Source of the DNA: Macrostomum lignano
Lineage: Eukaryota
Assembly: GCA_002269645.1 (NCBI GenBank)
Contig: NIVC01001601.1
Location: forward strand, 124,001-188,000
Direction of reading: 5' to 3'
DNA length: 64,000 nt
A program made the translations under genes and the position numbers. Below the pieces are notes generated by a model that saw nothing but the letters and a program-made list of their open reading frames with translations, searched no databases and was not told the DNA's origin. Below, piece by piece: positions 35,146-48,320 of this stretch (position 1 is its first letter; each line of letters begins with the position of its first letter).

Positions 35146-35989
35146 GCGGGGGTGGATGGAATATTCACACGGAGCGAGGTGAAAGGCGGAAATACAAGCC
35201 TAGAAGTAAAAACGTAATTACTCGCGGATTGAGGTGGCTATAAATACATAGGAGCGAAATTTGTGATGCACAATGTAACTAATACATTTAATTTATTCTT
35301 TGTAATCATATATGTATATGCATTCAGGGCACTCATGACCTATTTTTAAGATATATTTATGCCCAAAACGTATTGTTTTACTTGTCCATCTTCTGTAATG
35401 TTTACACAACAAATGAAGCTTCTAGCGCACAGCCTCGTTACCTGAATGTTGGACTTACCAATCTGCTTTGTTCTAATCTATTGCTAGCTCCAACTAATGT
35501 GCTGTTACAATGCGTTTATTGACATGATTATTCATCATTTATGCGCGGCACTTGTGGTCTCTGTAGCATGACTCTCTCTATCCTTGTCTTGTAACAATTT
35601 TTTTCTCTATCTGTCCAAACAGTTTGTTAATTTTCAATATAAATAATATTTTGTTTATTTAATTCAAAAGTCCGAAACCCGAATTCGAAAATGGCCAAAA
35701 TTCGCTGTTCAGTTTGTTGCAAACATGCGGAATCAAGCTAAAGCCATCTCCGCTGCAAAACAACGAGCTTATTATTTCCCGCTAAACAAAACTTGCTCGC
35801 TTGAACTGAGAATACAAGGAAATCAAACCGTGCGGGTTTGCTCCACCCTGCAGAAAAAATTTCCAATATTTTTGAAATGCAATAACTTGCACCACGTTGC
35901 GACACATCAGACAGACTGCGTTAATCATTAAGCTTTCATCCTTTTACGAGTACAAAATACTGAATACAAATCGTTTGGTGTTGTGAGGT

Positions 35990-36598
35990 GGTGGCTGCTT
36001 TGCTTGTTTTAGGTTTGTTGGTGTTTTGGGGTAGGGGGCGTTTTAGGGTGGTGGGTGTTTTGGGGTGGTGGATGTTTTGGGGTGGTGGGTGTTTTGGGGT
36101 GGGGGTGTTTTAGGGTGGGGGTGTTTTAGGGTGGGGGTGTTTTAGGGTGGGGGTGTTTTAGGGTGGTGGGTGTTTTGGGGTAGGGGGTGTTTTAGGGTGG
36201 TGGGTGTTTTGGGGTGGGGTGTTTCAGGGTGGTGGGTGTTTTAGGGTGGGGGTGTTTTAGGGTGGGGGTGTTTTAGGGTGGTGGGTGTTTTGGGGTGGTG
36301 GATGTTTTGGGGTGGTGGGTGTTTTGGGGTGGGGTGTTTTAGGGTTGGGTGTTTTAGGGTTGTAAGTGTTTTGGGGTGGTGGGTGTTTTGGGGTGGTGGA
36401 TGTTTTGGGGTGGTGGGTGTTTTGGGGTGGGGTGTTTTAGGGTTGGGTGTTTTAGGGTTGTAAGTGTTTTGGGGTGGTGGGTGTTTTGGGGTGGTGGATG
36501 TTTTTAGGTGGTGGGTGAATTGGGGTGGTGGGTGTTTTAGGGTTGTAAGTGTTTTGGGGTGGTGGGTGTTTTGGGGTGGTGGGTGATTTGGAGTGGTG
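35990..36598. repeat. G/T-rich minisatellite (expanded counterpart of the NUDT2 intron array)
   Basis: Direct periodicity; lies downstream of the retained donor site of the NUDT2 pseudogene. Confidence 0.93.
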
Positions 36599-36697
36599 GG
36601 CTGTCAAGCCCTTATGCCTGAACTGCTTGGAATTTTCTCTTCTGCTGACAGTACTCTTACAGTGTACATTTACACAAGGCAAGTCGTCAGCGCGAAC

Positions 36698-37157
36698 CCG
36701 AAGGCGACATAGCTGACGGCGTGAACCCAGTCCGGCACCAGCCCATAGTCCGCCCCCTCTCTCAAACCGCACTCCTCCGCAGTCTCCCTGATGGCAAATC
36801 TTCCCCCGGGATCCACGTGGCGCAGGGCCCAAACCAGTATATTTATGACTAACTTAGATGGGTTGACTCCAGATAATAAAGAGGGGGTGGAGTGCGCGAC
36901 TGAAAAGAGAGGCGAGAATGGAGAGCCAATCAGAAGGCAGCAAGGGAGAGAGAGATAAGAATAACAAGATTGAGCTAGACAGAGAGAGAAAACAATAATC
37001 AGAGACAGGTGAAGGTGAACTAAAGAAATGACTAAGAGGTCGCGACAGGCGGAGTCCACAGTCCCTCCTCGATGGTGGCGTGCAGCAGCAGGTACTGCAC
37101 TCCCGCCGACACTGTGCGGTAGATCACGATTCCCGAGGCCGCCACGGCAGGAGACAT
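36698..37157 (-). pseudogene. NUDT2: Disrupted NUDT2 paralog (exon 1 only)
   Basis: Near-identical to 63087-63334, and the upstream ~400 bp is homologous too. A 230-bp insert replaces the KG codons at the start of the Nudix box. There is a 10-bp deletion plus a 1-bp insertion before RET. No exon 2 is recognisable beyond the G/T array. Confidence 0.9.
36818..37047 (-). mobile_element. Solo-LTR-like insertion (230 bp) in the NUDT2 pseudogene
   Basis: Absent from the intact paralog. On the minus strand it reads TGTCGC...GCGCCA (TG..CA, 5/6 terminal inverted match), with an internal CCAAT box and an ATAAATA motif about 25 nt from the 3' end. No TSD; a few host bases are lost. Confidence 0.55.
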
Positions 37158-38309
37158 ATCGCCGGCTAAATTTCGGGAACAGCTGAAATAGGTACAAGCA
37201 ATTTTACAGGCTCAGCCGATAGTTTATTGACAATATTCGCTAATTGCCTACTTTAAGTACGAGCTAGAAAACTGCGCTCGTGAACTCAACAGTAGAATAA
37301 TACCATTTAGATTGTAATCAGGTGATTTTCCTGCACTTTTGGTTGGATTGTTAGGCCAGTCGCGCAGATGTAAGCCGACACCCACGGAGCAGATCGCTAA
37401 TGCACTGGTGCGAGGACTCTGCACTAACTGAAGTCAGGTTGGGACACCTTGATCGGAATGTTTTGCAGAAATTGTCTAAAGTTTAAATAAATTCGCTATA
37501 CGTAGTTTAAGAAAGCTTAATTTGAAAGTTGCATAGTTGCGTACGAGTATGAGAAATATATTGTTACACAATCCCACACCCGGACTGCACATGTATCCTA
37601 TCTACATTTGCCCACTTTTTATGTCATACTATACTTTTAAATCTACTTACCATTACATGATAGTTTTTGTCTTGCCGGGAGGCTTAACACTTTTGGGGCT
37701 ATGGCATAAAACTAAATGGGTATGGATGCCCACCAGCTTTGCTCAAGTCTGTATTTCTATCTATTTTTAAGAAGCAAGAAATCATAACTGTCGAAAGGAA
37801 AGTACTATACACGGGACTGTGTTCATCTCATGCGATAGCAGCGATGCACTTTTAAACACACTGGCCTCTAAAGACCCTAATGAGTGTGTAAGGAGGGTCT
37901 TTAGTCAACGAGAGCAATACAATGTAGGCACCATGCGAAACAGAAGATGGTTTTAACGGGTTAGGGTTAGCGCTCACGCAGTACAGATCTCTCCGCAGTA
38001 CACTTCTTTCCGTGTTGTTGTTTAGGCCACCATCAACCCCCCTCAACCCTACTGTGTCACGCGTTCACAGGCTGCTGGCTTGGCCTTTAAACCTAAGCTT
38101 GGGTATTGTCCTTTAGGCATTGAATTCGGCTTGTCTAGAGCAGCTGGTCTGCTTAGATATTTAGTCGAGACGAGTTAGAGGGGCCTTGTTTTTAGCGCTC
38201 CGATGTAAGCGCTTTTCCAGTGCTTGCACAGACACCCTAACTAATACAAAAATAAAAAATTAATAATCCTAATCTTAAATTCGACAAATTCCCAAACCTT
38301 AGAAACAAT

Positions 38310-40743
38310 CTTAATACTAAAGTTGGTGCGATGTTTGTCTGTCTGTATGTTGCAATTTTTCTCCAAGACTACTTGCAACTCAGCGTTGAAACTTATATGG
38401 GTAAACTGCAAATTTTCTGGGTTGGGTTTATAGCTATTTTAATCTTTCATTTTCACATTTTAAGATCCCTAAAAAAGCAGAAATAATATAACAATAGGGA
38501 ATATGATCCACCTTGCGCAACTCTTAGTGATTGCGCCACAACAGCTGGCCTATCTGTGTAGTGTATTCTTTTAGCTGAAGGGGTGTAACCGGGCCAGTTG
38601 GCATCAATTTTTAGTGATTACGCCATAACTTTCTCCTATCTCGGCAGTGTATTTTCTCTCCAATGGGGGAATGGGGGCGTTCTCAGTGGCTGCGTGTGTA
38701 CAATCGGACCCTAGCTCACTGGCTGATTGTATAGACAATTGCGCAACGATATGTTTTCTGATTTTCAATAGGCAGCCCTGTGTATTTGTTGGACACTGTG
38801 TATTTGTTGGACAGTAAAATTCAAGGAATAAACTTGCGAGCCTCCCACTGCTGCAGGCAGTGAACGTACACTCGATAGTTCAATTCCTTAAAACGGGAAA
38901 TTTCAAAGCCAAACTGTTCTTCGAGTTTTAAACTTGAGGAGGAGACTTATATTGCTGGAAAGAGGTTGCAATGCTGAGTTAGGGGATATAAGTTGTTTGC
39001 TCTAAATGTGAAAATTAAAAGCACAGCATTCGAAAAGCAATTTCCATACTTTTAACTTTTTGCAAAGATCGTACTCATTTTCGAGGGTTCAATGAGGGTT
39101 TGACAGACCCCCAACAGTGGGGGGGGGGTTCAATTTCTAGCTGCGCTGCGTATTCGAAGGGGTTCGGTCGCTGTGTATTGGAGGGTTGATTTAGATTGCG
39201 CAATTTTTTGTTAACTTTAACCGAGGCTGATACTGACTGCCTGAGAAATAAGTTGCGCAATTTAATTGGTTCAATGTTTTTACGGCGCCTTTCAACACGC
39301 AGCTGTGTGTAGCTCTAACCCTAACCCTAACCATAACCAATGAATTCTGAGAGCTGGGTTCTGTTTGACGGAGAAATTTTGATTGAGTCCAGTTACACGG
39401 AGAGGATTTTCGCGGAGAGGATTTCGATGGTGTTCAGTCTCACGGAGACGATTTCTGTTTCGCGGAGAGTTCATGGAATGGGATTCCGGTGATGAGAGTT
39501 CTTCCCCTTTCTTCTCCGAAGGAGGAGTTGGCCTCGTCTTAATACTAAAGTTGGTGCGATGTTTGTCTGTCTGTATGTTGCAATTTTTCTCCTAGACTAC
39601 TTGCAACTCAGCGTTGAAACTTATATGGGTAAACTGCAAATTTTCCGGGTTGGGTTTATAGCTATTTTAATCTTTCATTTTTATATTTTAAGATCCCTAA
39701 AAAAGCAGAAATAATAAAACAATAGGGAATATGATCCACCTTGCGCAACTCTTAGTGATTGCGCCACAACAGCTGGCCTATCTGTGTAGTGTATTCTTTT
39801 AGCTGAAGGGGTGTAACTGGGCCAGTTGGCATCAATTTTTAGTGATTACGCCACAACTTTCTCCTATCTCGGCAGTGTATTTTCTCTCCAATGGGGAATG
39901 GGGGCATTCTCAGTGGCTGCGTGTGTACAATCGGACCCTAGCTCACTGGCTGATTGTATAGACAATTGCGCAACGATATGTTTTCTGATTTTCAATAGGC
40001 AGCCCTGTGTATTTGTTGGACAGTAAAATTCAATGAATAAACTTGCGAGCCTCCCACTGCTGCAGGCAGTGAACGTACACTCAATAGTTCAATTCCTTAA
40101 AACGGGAAATTTCAAAGCCAAACTGTTCCTTGAGTTTTAAACTTTAAGAGAAGAGACTTATATTGCTGGAAAGAGGTTGCAATGCTGAGTTAGGGGATAT
40201 AAGTTTTTTGCTCTAAATGTGAAAATTAAAAGCACAGCATTCAAAAAGTGATTTCCATACTTTTAACTTTTTGCAAAGATTGTACTCCATTTCGGGGGTT
40301 CAATGAGGGTTTGACAGACTCCCAACAGTGGGGGGTTCAATTTCTAGCTGCACTGCGTATTCGAAGGGGTTCAGTCGCTGTGTATTGGAGGGTTGATTTA
40401 GATTGCGCAATTTTTTTGTTAACTTTAACCGAGGCTGATACTGACTGCCTGAGAAATAAGTTGCGCAATTTAATTGGTTCAATGTTTTAACGGCGCCTTT
40501 CAACATGCAGCTGTGTAGCTCTAACCCTAACCCTAACCATAACCAATGAATTCTGAGAGCTGGGTTCTGTTTGACAGAGAAATTTCGATTGAGTCCAGTT
40601 ACACGGAGAGGATTTTCGCGGAGAGGATTTTGATGGTGTTCAGTTTCACGGAGACAATTTCTGTTTCGCGGAGAGTTCAGGAAATGGGATTCCGGTGATG
40701 GGAGTTCTTCCCCTTTCTCCTCCAGCGGAGGAGTTGGCCTCGT
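38310..40743 (+). mobile_element. Head-to-tail tandem pair of a ~1.2-kb non-coding unit, Helitron/HINE-like
   Basis: Unit 1 is 38310-39537 and unit 2 is 39538-40743, highly similar. The 5' end CTTAATACTAAAG..GTTTGTCTGTCTGTATG resembles non-autonomous Helitron starts. Internal inverted pair GTGTAACYGG / CCAGTTACAC and a (CCCTAA)-like tract in each unit. The duplication is certain; the family call is inferred. Confidence 0.6.
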
Positions 40744-41060
40744 AAAATCACTCTGAAAAGTCAGACTGAAAACTAAATCTCTAAAATCAGTAGTAAATGA
40801 AAATAAGACAGACTGGGGGGCACACAACTGGTGCATGCGGTATTTCTGATGATAGAACAGCCGATATCGGGCGCGACGGTAAAAGGTGCTGCATACAAAT
40901 ACTCGGAGCTTTAGGACATCTTTAGAATTCAGAGGATACTGTTATATATTGTTAATAATCGAATTTTTATTGAAAAGTTCCACACAGAAATTAAAATCTG
41001 CCAAAATATCGACCCCATGACTCCCTCGATTCCCTAATTTGTTCCGCCTCTGCTCTTCCT

Positions 41061-42389
<1,329 letters not shown>

Positions 42390-42991
42390 CTTACCTTTAT
42401 GAAGTTTCTGCAGCCAGCTTGTAGCATCTCAAACAGGAACAAAAAAAGATATTGTCTCAAAGAGAAGAATAGAACGCACGGGCATACAGAAAACATCCAG
42501 AACTGAATATCAAGTTTTTAAAATTTTGCTGAATGATTAAAAACTGAAAAATAGAAATCATTTAGATAATAGCTCGTAATTATAATTAACGATCTTGAGT
42601 ATCTAAGGGCACTGGGATTAATGTAAGATTATTGACAAAAAATTTTGTTGACTGATGACGCTCAGTTTTTGATTGAGTATAGATCAGAGAAAAAAATCTG
42701 CGAAAGAAAACACACAGCCATACAAAAATTGATAAACACGGAGGCTTCCATATCTTAATAATTAAAACAGTTTGATCAACGTTTTACTAATTTCCTTAAA
42801 AAAACAAAAAAAGTGTTGCAACTTCAAAAAATATTTCATCTGTTTGTTCCGTTTTAACAAAACTGACCGACCAAAGTGTTTCATTTCATCATCTTGATCT
42901 TCATCTTGAAGCTGCTCAACTGCTCAGGCCTCGCTTGTCTGCGCGGTGGGCGATTTGAGTCGTTGTAGCATTTCAGGAATGAGAGTCGGAA

Positions 42992-43098
42992 TTTATGATG
43001 TGGAAATTGGGATTTTTGATGGGGAAATTGGGTTTTATGATGGGGAAATTGGGAATTTATGATGGGGAAATTTGGAATTTATGATGGGGAAATTGGGG
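42992..43098. repeat. 21-22-bp repeat (GATGGGGAAATTGGGAATTTAT), about 5 copies, intronic
   Basis: Direct periodicity. Confidence 0.85.
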
Positions 43099-45448
43099 CT
43101 GAATCTCGACATTCACCGACATAGAGGATGTCAGACATTTGGGTTCATGAGGATATCAGAATCAGGCATCTCAGATGATACTGCATTGTAAAAGAGTCGC
43201 AAACCTTCTTCCTGGCGTTGGCGAGGACCTTGCCGAGGGACGTCAGATAGAGCTGGTGCTGGTTTCGCTGGGGGGCGGCGGCGCGCCAGAAGACCCAGAA
43301 GCACAGGGCAAACACGAGCAGCAGGGCAAACAGGTAACCATTGGAACCGGTCGGGGGCATCGCAGACTGCTTTTGGACGGACGGGAGCCGCTGAATCTCG
43401 ACATGAAGCTGTGAATTAGAAAAAAACATCCAGACCTTCAGCTAGAGTGAAATTATCCACCACCACCAACCCGGCTTTACAAACCTGGATGCGCGGCTTG
43501 CCATCCGGTCCGGGCGGCAGGAAGCGAAATCTAACATAAATGGCTTGCTGGGGGTTCTTGGTGCTGGGGTCTCCCTGCGGCAGCCTGCCTTGGTTGTTCC
43601 CGCCAAGAAGAGGCCGGTGACCGTCTGGGCGGATCGGGGGCTTCGAAAGCTGGTCTTTGCCTTTGCTGCCCAGCACCGGAATGCGGCGCTCGTGGATCTC
43701 CACCTGTCACGGTGATTGAAGGCTAGACTGAAGTTATCTACTACAATGTCTTGACCTTCGGCCAGACTGAAGCTATTGGGTGATTTCGGGTGCAAGGCTT
43801 TACTTGCACTCATTTTGTTATTCGTAATTTGTGCACTTATTTTCTCTATTTGTATTTCTTTTTTGTTTTTGTTATTTTTTTGTTTCTTTCTTTCACGTAT
43901 TGCTCATTTGCTCATTTCGTCCCTACCCTCGTCTGTGCCTAAGCCCCCTCCCTCGTGTGCTGTCTCGCGTCAGTTTTAATTTCTACCCCTCCATGCGTGC
44001 TGATTGGCTCTGCCGTGGCGTTCTGGCCGGGCACCGTGCATTGGGTTGCACTCCGCTCTCTCTCTCTTTCTCTCCCTGGCTGGCTGTCGGCTTAGGGTTG
44101 CTACTACTTTTCAGCATCTACGCTCGTATATTGGGGTCGCGCGCCCCGTCGCCTCGTCGCTAGAGCTGTTTTGCTAAAATATCACTGCACCTACATTGCC
44201 ACTGAAATAAATAAACCAGAGTAGACACAGTCACAGCACAGTAGACATTAGCCTACGGCTGGTAAGCATGTCAGTTATTAGAGCGACAGCAGCGAGGAGC
44301 CTCAAGTTCTGCAGCGGCCGCGTAAGTGTGCGAGTCTTTGGTTTGTTCTTTTGGGTCCAGTCCAGAGTAGGCATTCTGTCACCAGGGCCTGTGCGTTTGC
44401 CGCGACCATGGTTGCTGGCCTTCAGCCTGTGTGTGCAGCACGACTGGGGGTTGGTACGAGCGTAAGTAACGGGACTGGAGTGCTGACCCTACCTGCTCGT
44501 ACTGAGCGTGAGGTAAGGCCGGCTGGTCTGTCTCGGGATACAAGACTATCCAGCATCCCCAGCTGTACAAACCTGGTAGCGCGGCTTGCCATCGGGTCCG
44601 GGAGGCATGGAGTGGATGCGGATCTGGATGCGCTGGACAATGGCGTGCTTGGCGTTCTTCATGGCCTCCATCATGCGAGCGTGCATCTGGCGCATCTGCT
44701 GGAAGATGCGCTGGTGGAAGGGCGACGGCGAGTGCATGTCAGGCAGGGCCAGACCGATGCCATGCATCACCGACATCTTGGCGGCATGGTCGGACATGCC
44801 ATGCTCTTGGAACACCCGGGCCTGCTCCTTGCACCCAACATTACAGGCTTTGTCCATTTCATCAGTGATGGCGCCATCAGTGAAGCCACGCTTGCAGGAC
44901 TTGGAGCCAGGGGCGTAGCCAGAGGGGGGGCAAGGGGGGCCGCGGCCCCCCCCCCAATCGGCTGACCAAAACTTTGCGGCGCCCCCTCCCTTATGAGCGG
45001 GTCTTGGCCGTTACTAAGTTGACGGGAGCTCAGAGCTTTGCACAAGAGCCGGGGCAGAGGGGGAGCGCCCCAAGACCACGGGTGGAGGCTCTAGCCCCCA
45101 AACTCTGCCCCAGGGCCCACACAGAAGAGGCTCGAGCTAACCCTGGTAGGGTTAGAACTATAAGGGGAGTGGGGGTGAGAAACGCAAATAGACAAAGATC
45201 GTGCACTTTAGAGGCAGAGGGGCGTGCCACGCGCGTGCCGAGAATGTACATAGTAGCAACTTAGGCGGCATGGGAGTTAAACTCTAGGTTACTCACTCTT
45301 AAGGTCTTGGTTTCCTACGGACAGACAGACAATTTTCTGTCTTTGTGCCCTTACTACTATACTGTGGCTTATTGTGTCTTTGTAGGGACAAGCACAAATT
45401 CCACCTGAATTATTAACTCGCAAGGCGAACAATTGAGGCAAAATTTTG

Positions 45449-48320
45449 ATGGAAAGCACTATAAAAAAATTAAACGCCCCTGGAGAGGCTCTCCAAGCTT
45501 CTCGAAACAAGAGAAAAAGTTCCGGGGCTGAAAATCGTCGTCAAAAGAAAGCAAAGCTTCTAACAGCCAGCGCATCAGGCTGCCAAAAGCTAACATCTAT
45601 GTTAAAGGCTGTCAGCAAAACTTTTGACTCTGGTCTTGCGTCTGGCGCTGGTGATAGAGCCCATTCTGCCGCTGATGGCGCCCATTCTGTCAGTGATGGC
45701 GCCCATTCTGCCGCTGATGGCGCCCATTCTGCCGCTGATGGCGCCCATTCTGCCGCTGATGGCGCCCGTTCTGCCGCTGATGGCGCCCTTTCTGCCGGTG
45801 ACGGCGCCCATTCTGCCGCTGATGGCGCCCATTCTGCCGGTGACGGCGCCCATTCTGCCGCTGATGGCGCCCATTCTGCCGCTGATGGCGCCCATTCTGT
45901 TGGTGACCAAGCCACCGGTTCTACTACATGCTCACTTTTTAAATCATCAAGCTGTCATTCAGCATCTGCTGTGAGAGATATCGGCCTTGCGGTGCAGAAG
46001 TCGCGCGTCCTTTCAAGTGAGGAACGAAGTTATTTTTTGCAGCCTTGGAGACCCATTCATGAAGAGGATTACCCATTTTCTCTTCACCATGTTCAAGGGC
46101 ATTCACGTAAAAGAAAGCTGCTTCCTGAACACCTTGAGCGCTTTCCGTGGTTGTCGGTGAGCAAAATTTCTGGATTAGAAGGTGCATTCTGTACACCTTG
46201 TGTTCTTTTTTCCTTGGGCACTGGAGTTGGTGGCCGCAGCAACGGTTGTGGACAGAAAGCCCGTGCGCTTGTTTCGATGCCTCTACAAAGGTTTGATGAT
46301 TTAACAGGAAAACAAGGTGTACTCTCACTGCATGAAAAAAGCGCATACCATATTGCAAACTGTGAAAAAATGAAGGTGTTTGAGAGGTGCGTTCACAATG
46401 GAGAAAAAGACCAGGACATCCGATCGCAGCTTATGACCGCAAGGCAGCAGGAGATCACGAAAAGTCGAGCAGGTCTAATACCAATTATTGACTCCATCCT
46501 GACATGTGCTCGACAGAACATCACTCTCCGAGGTCATCGCGGGGAGAATCAGCCACTTCTGTTAGATGGTGGCGAGCCTGAAATGAACGATGGGAACTTT
46601 CGCGCGCTGTTGCGTTTCCGAGCTCGAGGTGGGGATGCTGCTCTTGTAAACCATGTGAGTCATGCAGCTGCCAATGCTTCTTATCTTTCTCCACAGATCC
46701 AGAATGAAGTCCTCGATGTAGCCTTGAAGTTGCTGAGAGAGAAGATCATCCTGCGAGTTCAGAATGCTGAATGCTGGGCTTTGATAGTTGATGAAACAAT
46801 GGATTTGCAGAAAAGAGAGCATCTTGTGATCGTTGCCCGCTACCTGTCCATCGCCGCTGACGGCACTGTGCAGCAGAATGAAGACCCTGTGTCAATGCTA
46901 GAGCTTGTGTCTGACATTGCTGGCAGCACCGACTCATGGGAAGATGTTCGGCTTAGTGGTGAGAAGATTGCCGCTGCAATTTTTCGTCGGTTGGAGGCGA
47001 TTGGACTTGACCTTACGCGATGCGTGGCTCAGTGCTATGATGGCGCCTCTGCGATGGCCAGTGAGAGGGTTGGAGTCGCAGCACACATCCAGAGACAAGC
47101 TCCTCAGGCCGATTACTTCCACTGCATGGCTCATATGGCTAAATCTGAGCGCAGTGCGTGCAGTTAAAATTCCGACTGTCAGAAACTCGCTAGGCGTGAT
47201 TCAAGAAGTTGTAGCTGCATTTCGGTCCAGTGGGAAAAGAACTTTCCTACTCAAGCAGATAATCCAAGAGTCAGATGAGACTGTCGGATCAAAGCGCCAG
47301 CTTGCGAGCCTGTGCGAGACGCGATTTTTGGAACGTCACACTGCAGTTGTTACGTTTCGTCAGCTTTTCAATCATGTTGTAGATGCTCTGGAAGAAATGA
47401 AGACCTGGCGTGGATCGGAGGCAGCTCGATCAGCAACAACTTTGCATGCTGCGGTTCACAACTTTGATTTTATCGTCGGTATGATAGTCCTGGAAAATCT
47501 TGCTGGATTGCTTCTGCCTGTGTCTCGAAAGCTTCAAGCTGCAGACAGTGAGCTTGTCGAGGCCGTCCATGAGGTGAATGAAGTTCTTTCATTGTTGGAG
47601 GCTCAGCGAAGTGAGAATCAGTTTCACGATTCATTTAGAGAAGCGCGGGCTCTCGCACTCAAGCTTGACATTGATCAAAAAGTACCTCGACAGGGACGCC
47701 CTGTGGCTCGTCTTCAGAATGCGCAGGTGAAGCAGGTGCAGTCGCAGGTTGTTGTTAGTAGTGTAGAAGACTACTACAGAACTGCTGTGTATTTTCCGGC
47801 GGTAGATGTTATTAAAGACGACATCAAGCTGCGGTTTGGAGTCCCGCAGCAGCGTGCCTTTAATCTAGGCTGTCTTCTGCCAGCAAATTTTGATGACACA
47901 AAATTAGATGCGCAACTTGCTCTTGTCCAGGAAGCAGCAAAGAAGTACAGCAGTCTGTTGACAGATCCGTTTGCTGTGCTTAAGCAAGAGTACCTGCTGT
48001 GGCGTCAGCAGTGGTCATCAGCCGCTTCTAAAGAGCGTCCAGGCACTGCGGTACTAGCTTTGCGAGCCTGCAGGAAAGTGAAGTTTCCCAATATTTATCG
48101 CCTACTGTCTTTCTATGCCACTCTGCCTGTGTCAACCTGCAAGCCAGAGAGGGTATTCTCTAAACTGAAGCAGACACTAACAAGTTGTCGCAGCACGATG
48201 GGTGAAGAGCGCTTGGAATCACTACTTCTGCTTCAGTGCCATCGTAGCGACTGCCCCACTCCGACGGAGGTTCTGGACTCTTTCGCTACGTCGGCTCGTC
48301 GATTAAAATTGCTCCTGTAA
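45449..48320 (+). pseudogene. hAT transposase (ZMYM1/THAP12-like: TTF zinc finger, DUF4371, C-terminal dimerisation domain) with one +1 frameshift
   Basis: Motifs FPWL..AFCTPC..H, GNFRALL, YLSPQIQNE, VDET, QCYDGASAM, HCMAH, FPNI..LPVSTCKPERVFSKLK..RSTMGEERL. The frame switches at about 47135-47138 (CAT ATGG CTA AAT CTG, where the expected reading is H-x-LNL). Confidence 0.9.
45653..45904 (+). repeat. In-frame 21-bp coding minisatellite (GATGGCGCCCATTCTGCCGCT; DGAHSAA x12) in the transposase N-terminus
   Basis: 12 units read directly in the ORF. Confidence 0.95.

Noticed and set aside
39315-39338. CCCTAA repeats as a telomere or telomere-fusion scar
   Set aside because: There are only about three units, and they recur at the same position in both copies of a repeat unit, so they are an element feature.
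43790-44165. T-rich segment with a CCAAT box resembling a solo LTR
   Set aside because: I could not define TG..CA termini or a TSD.
44379-44570. Possible micro-exon (TACGAGCAG) and small exon in the intron after exon A
   Set aside because: Exon A joins exon B cleanly in phase 0, and nothing independent supports these sites.
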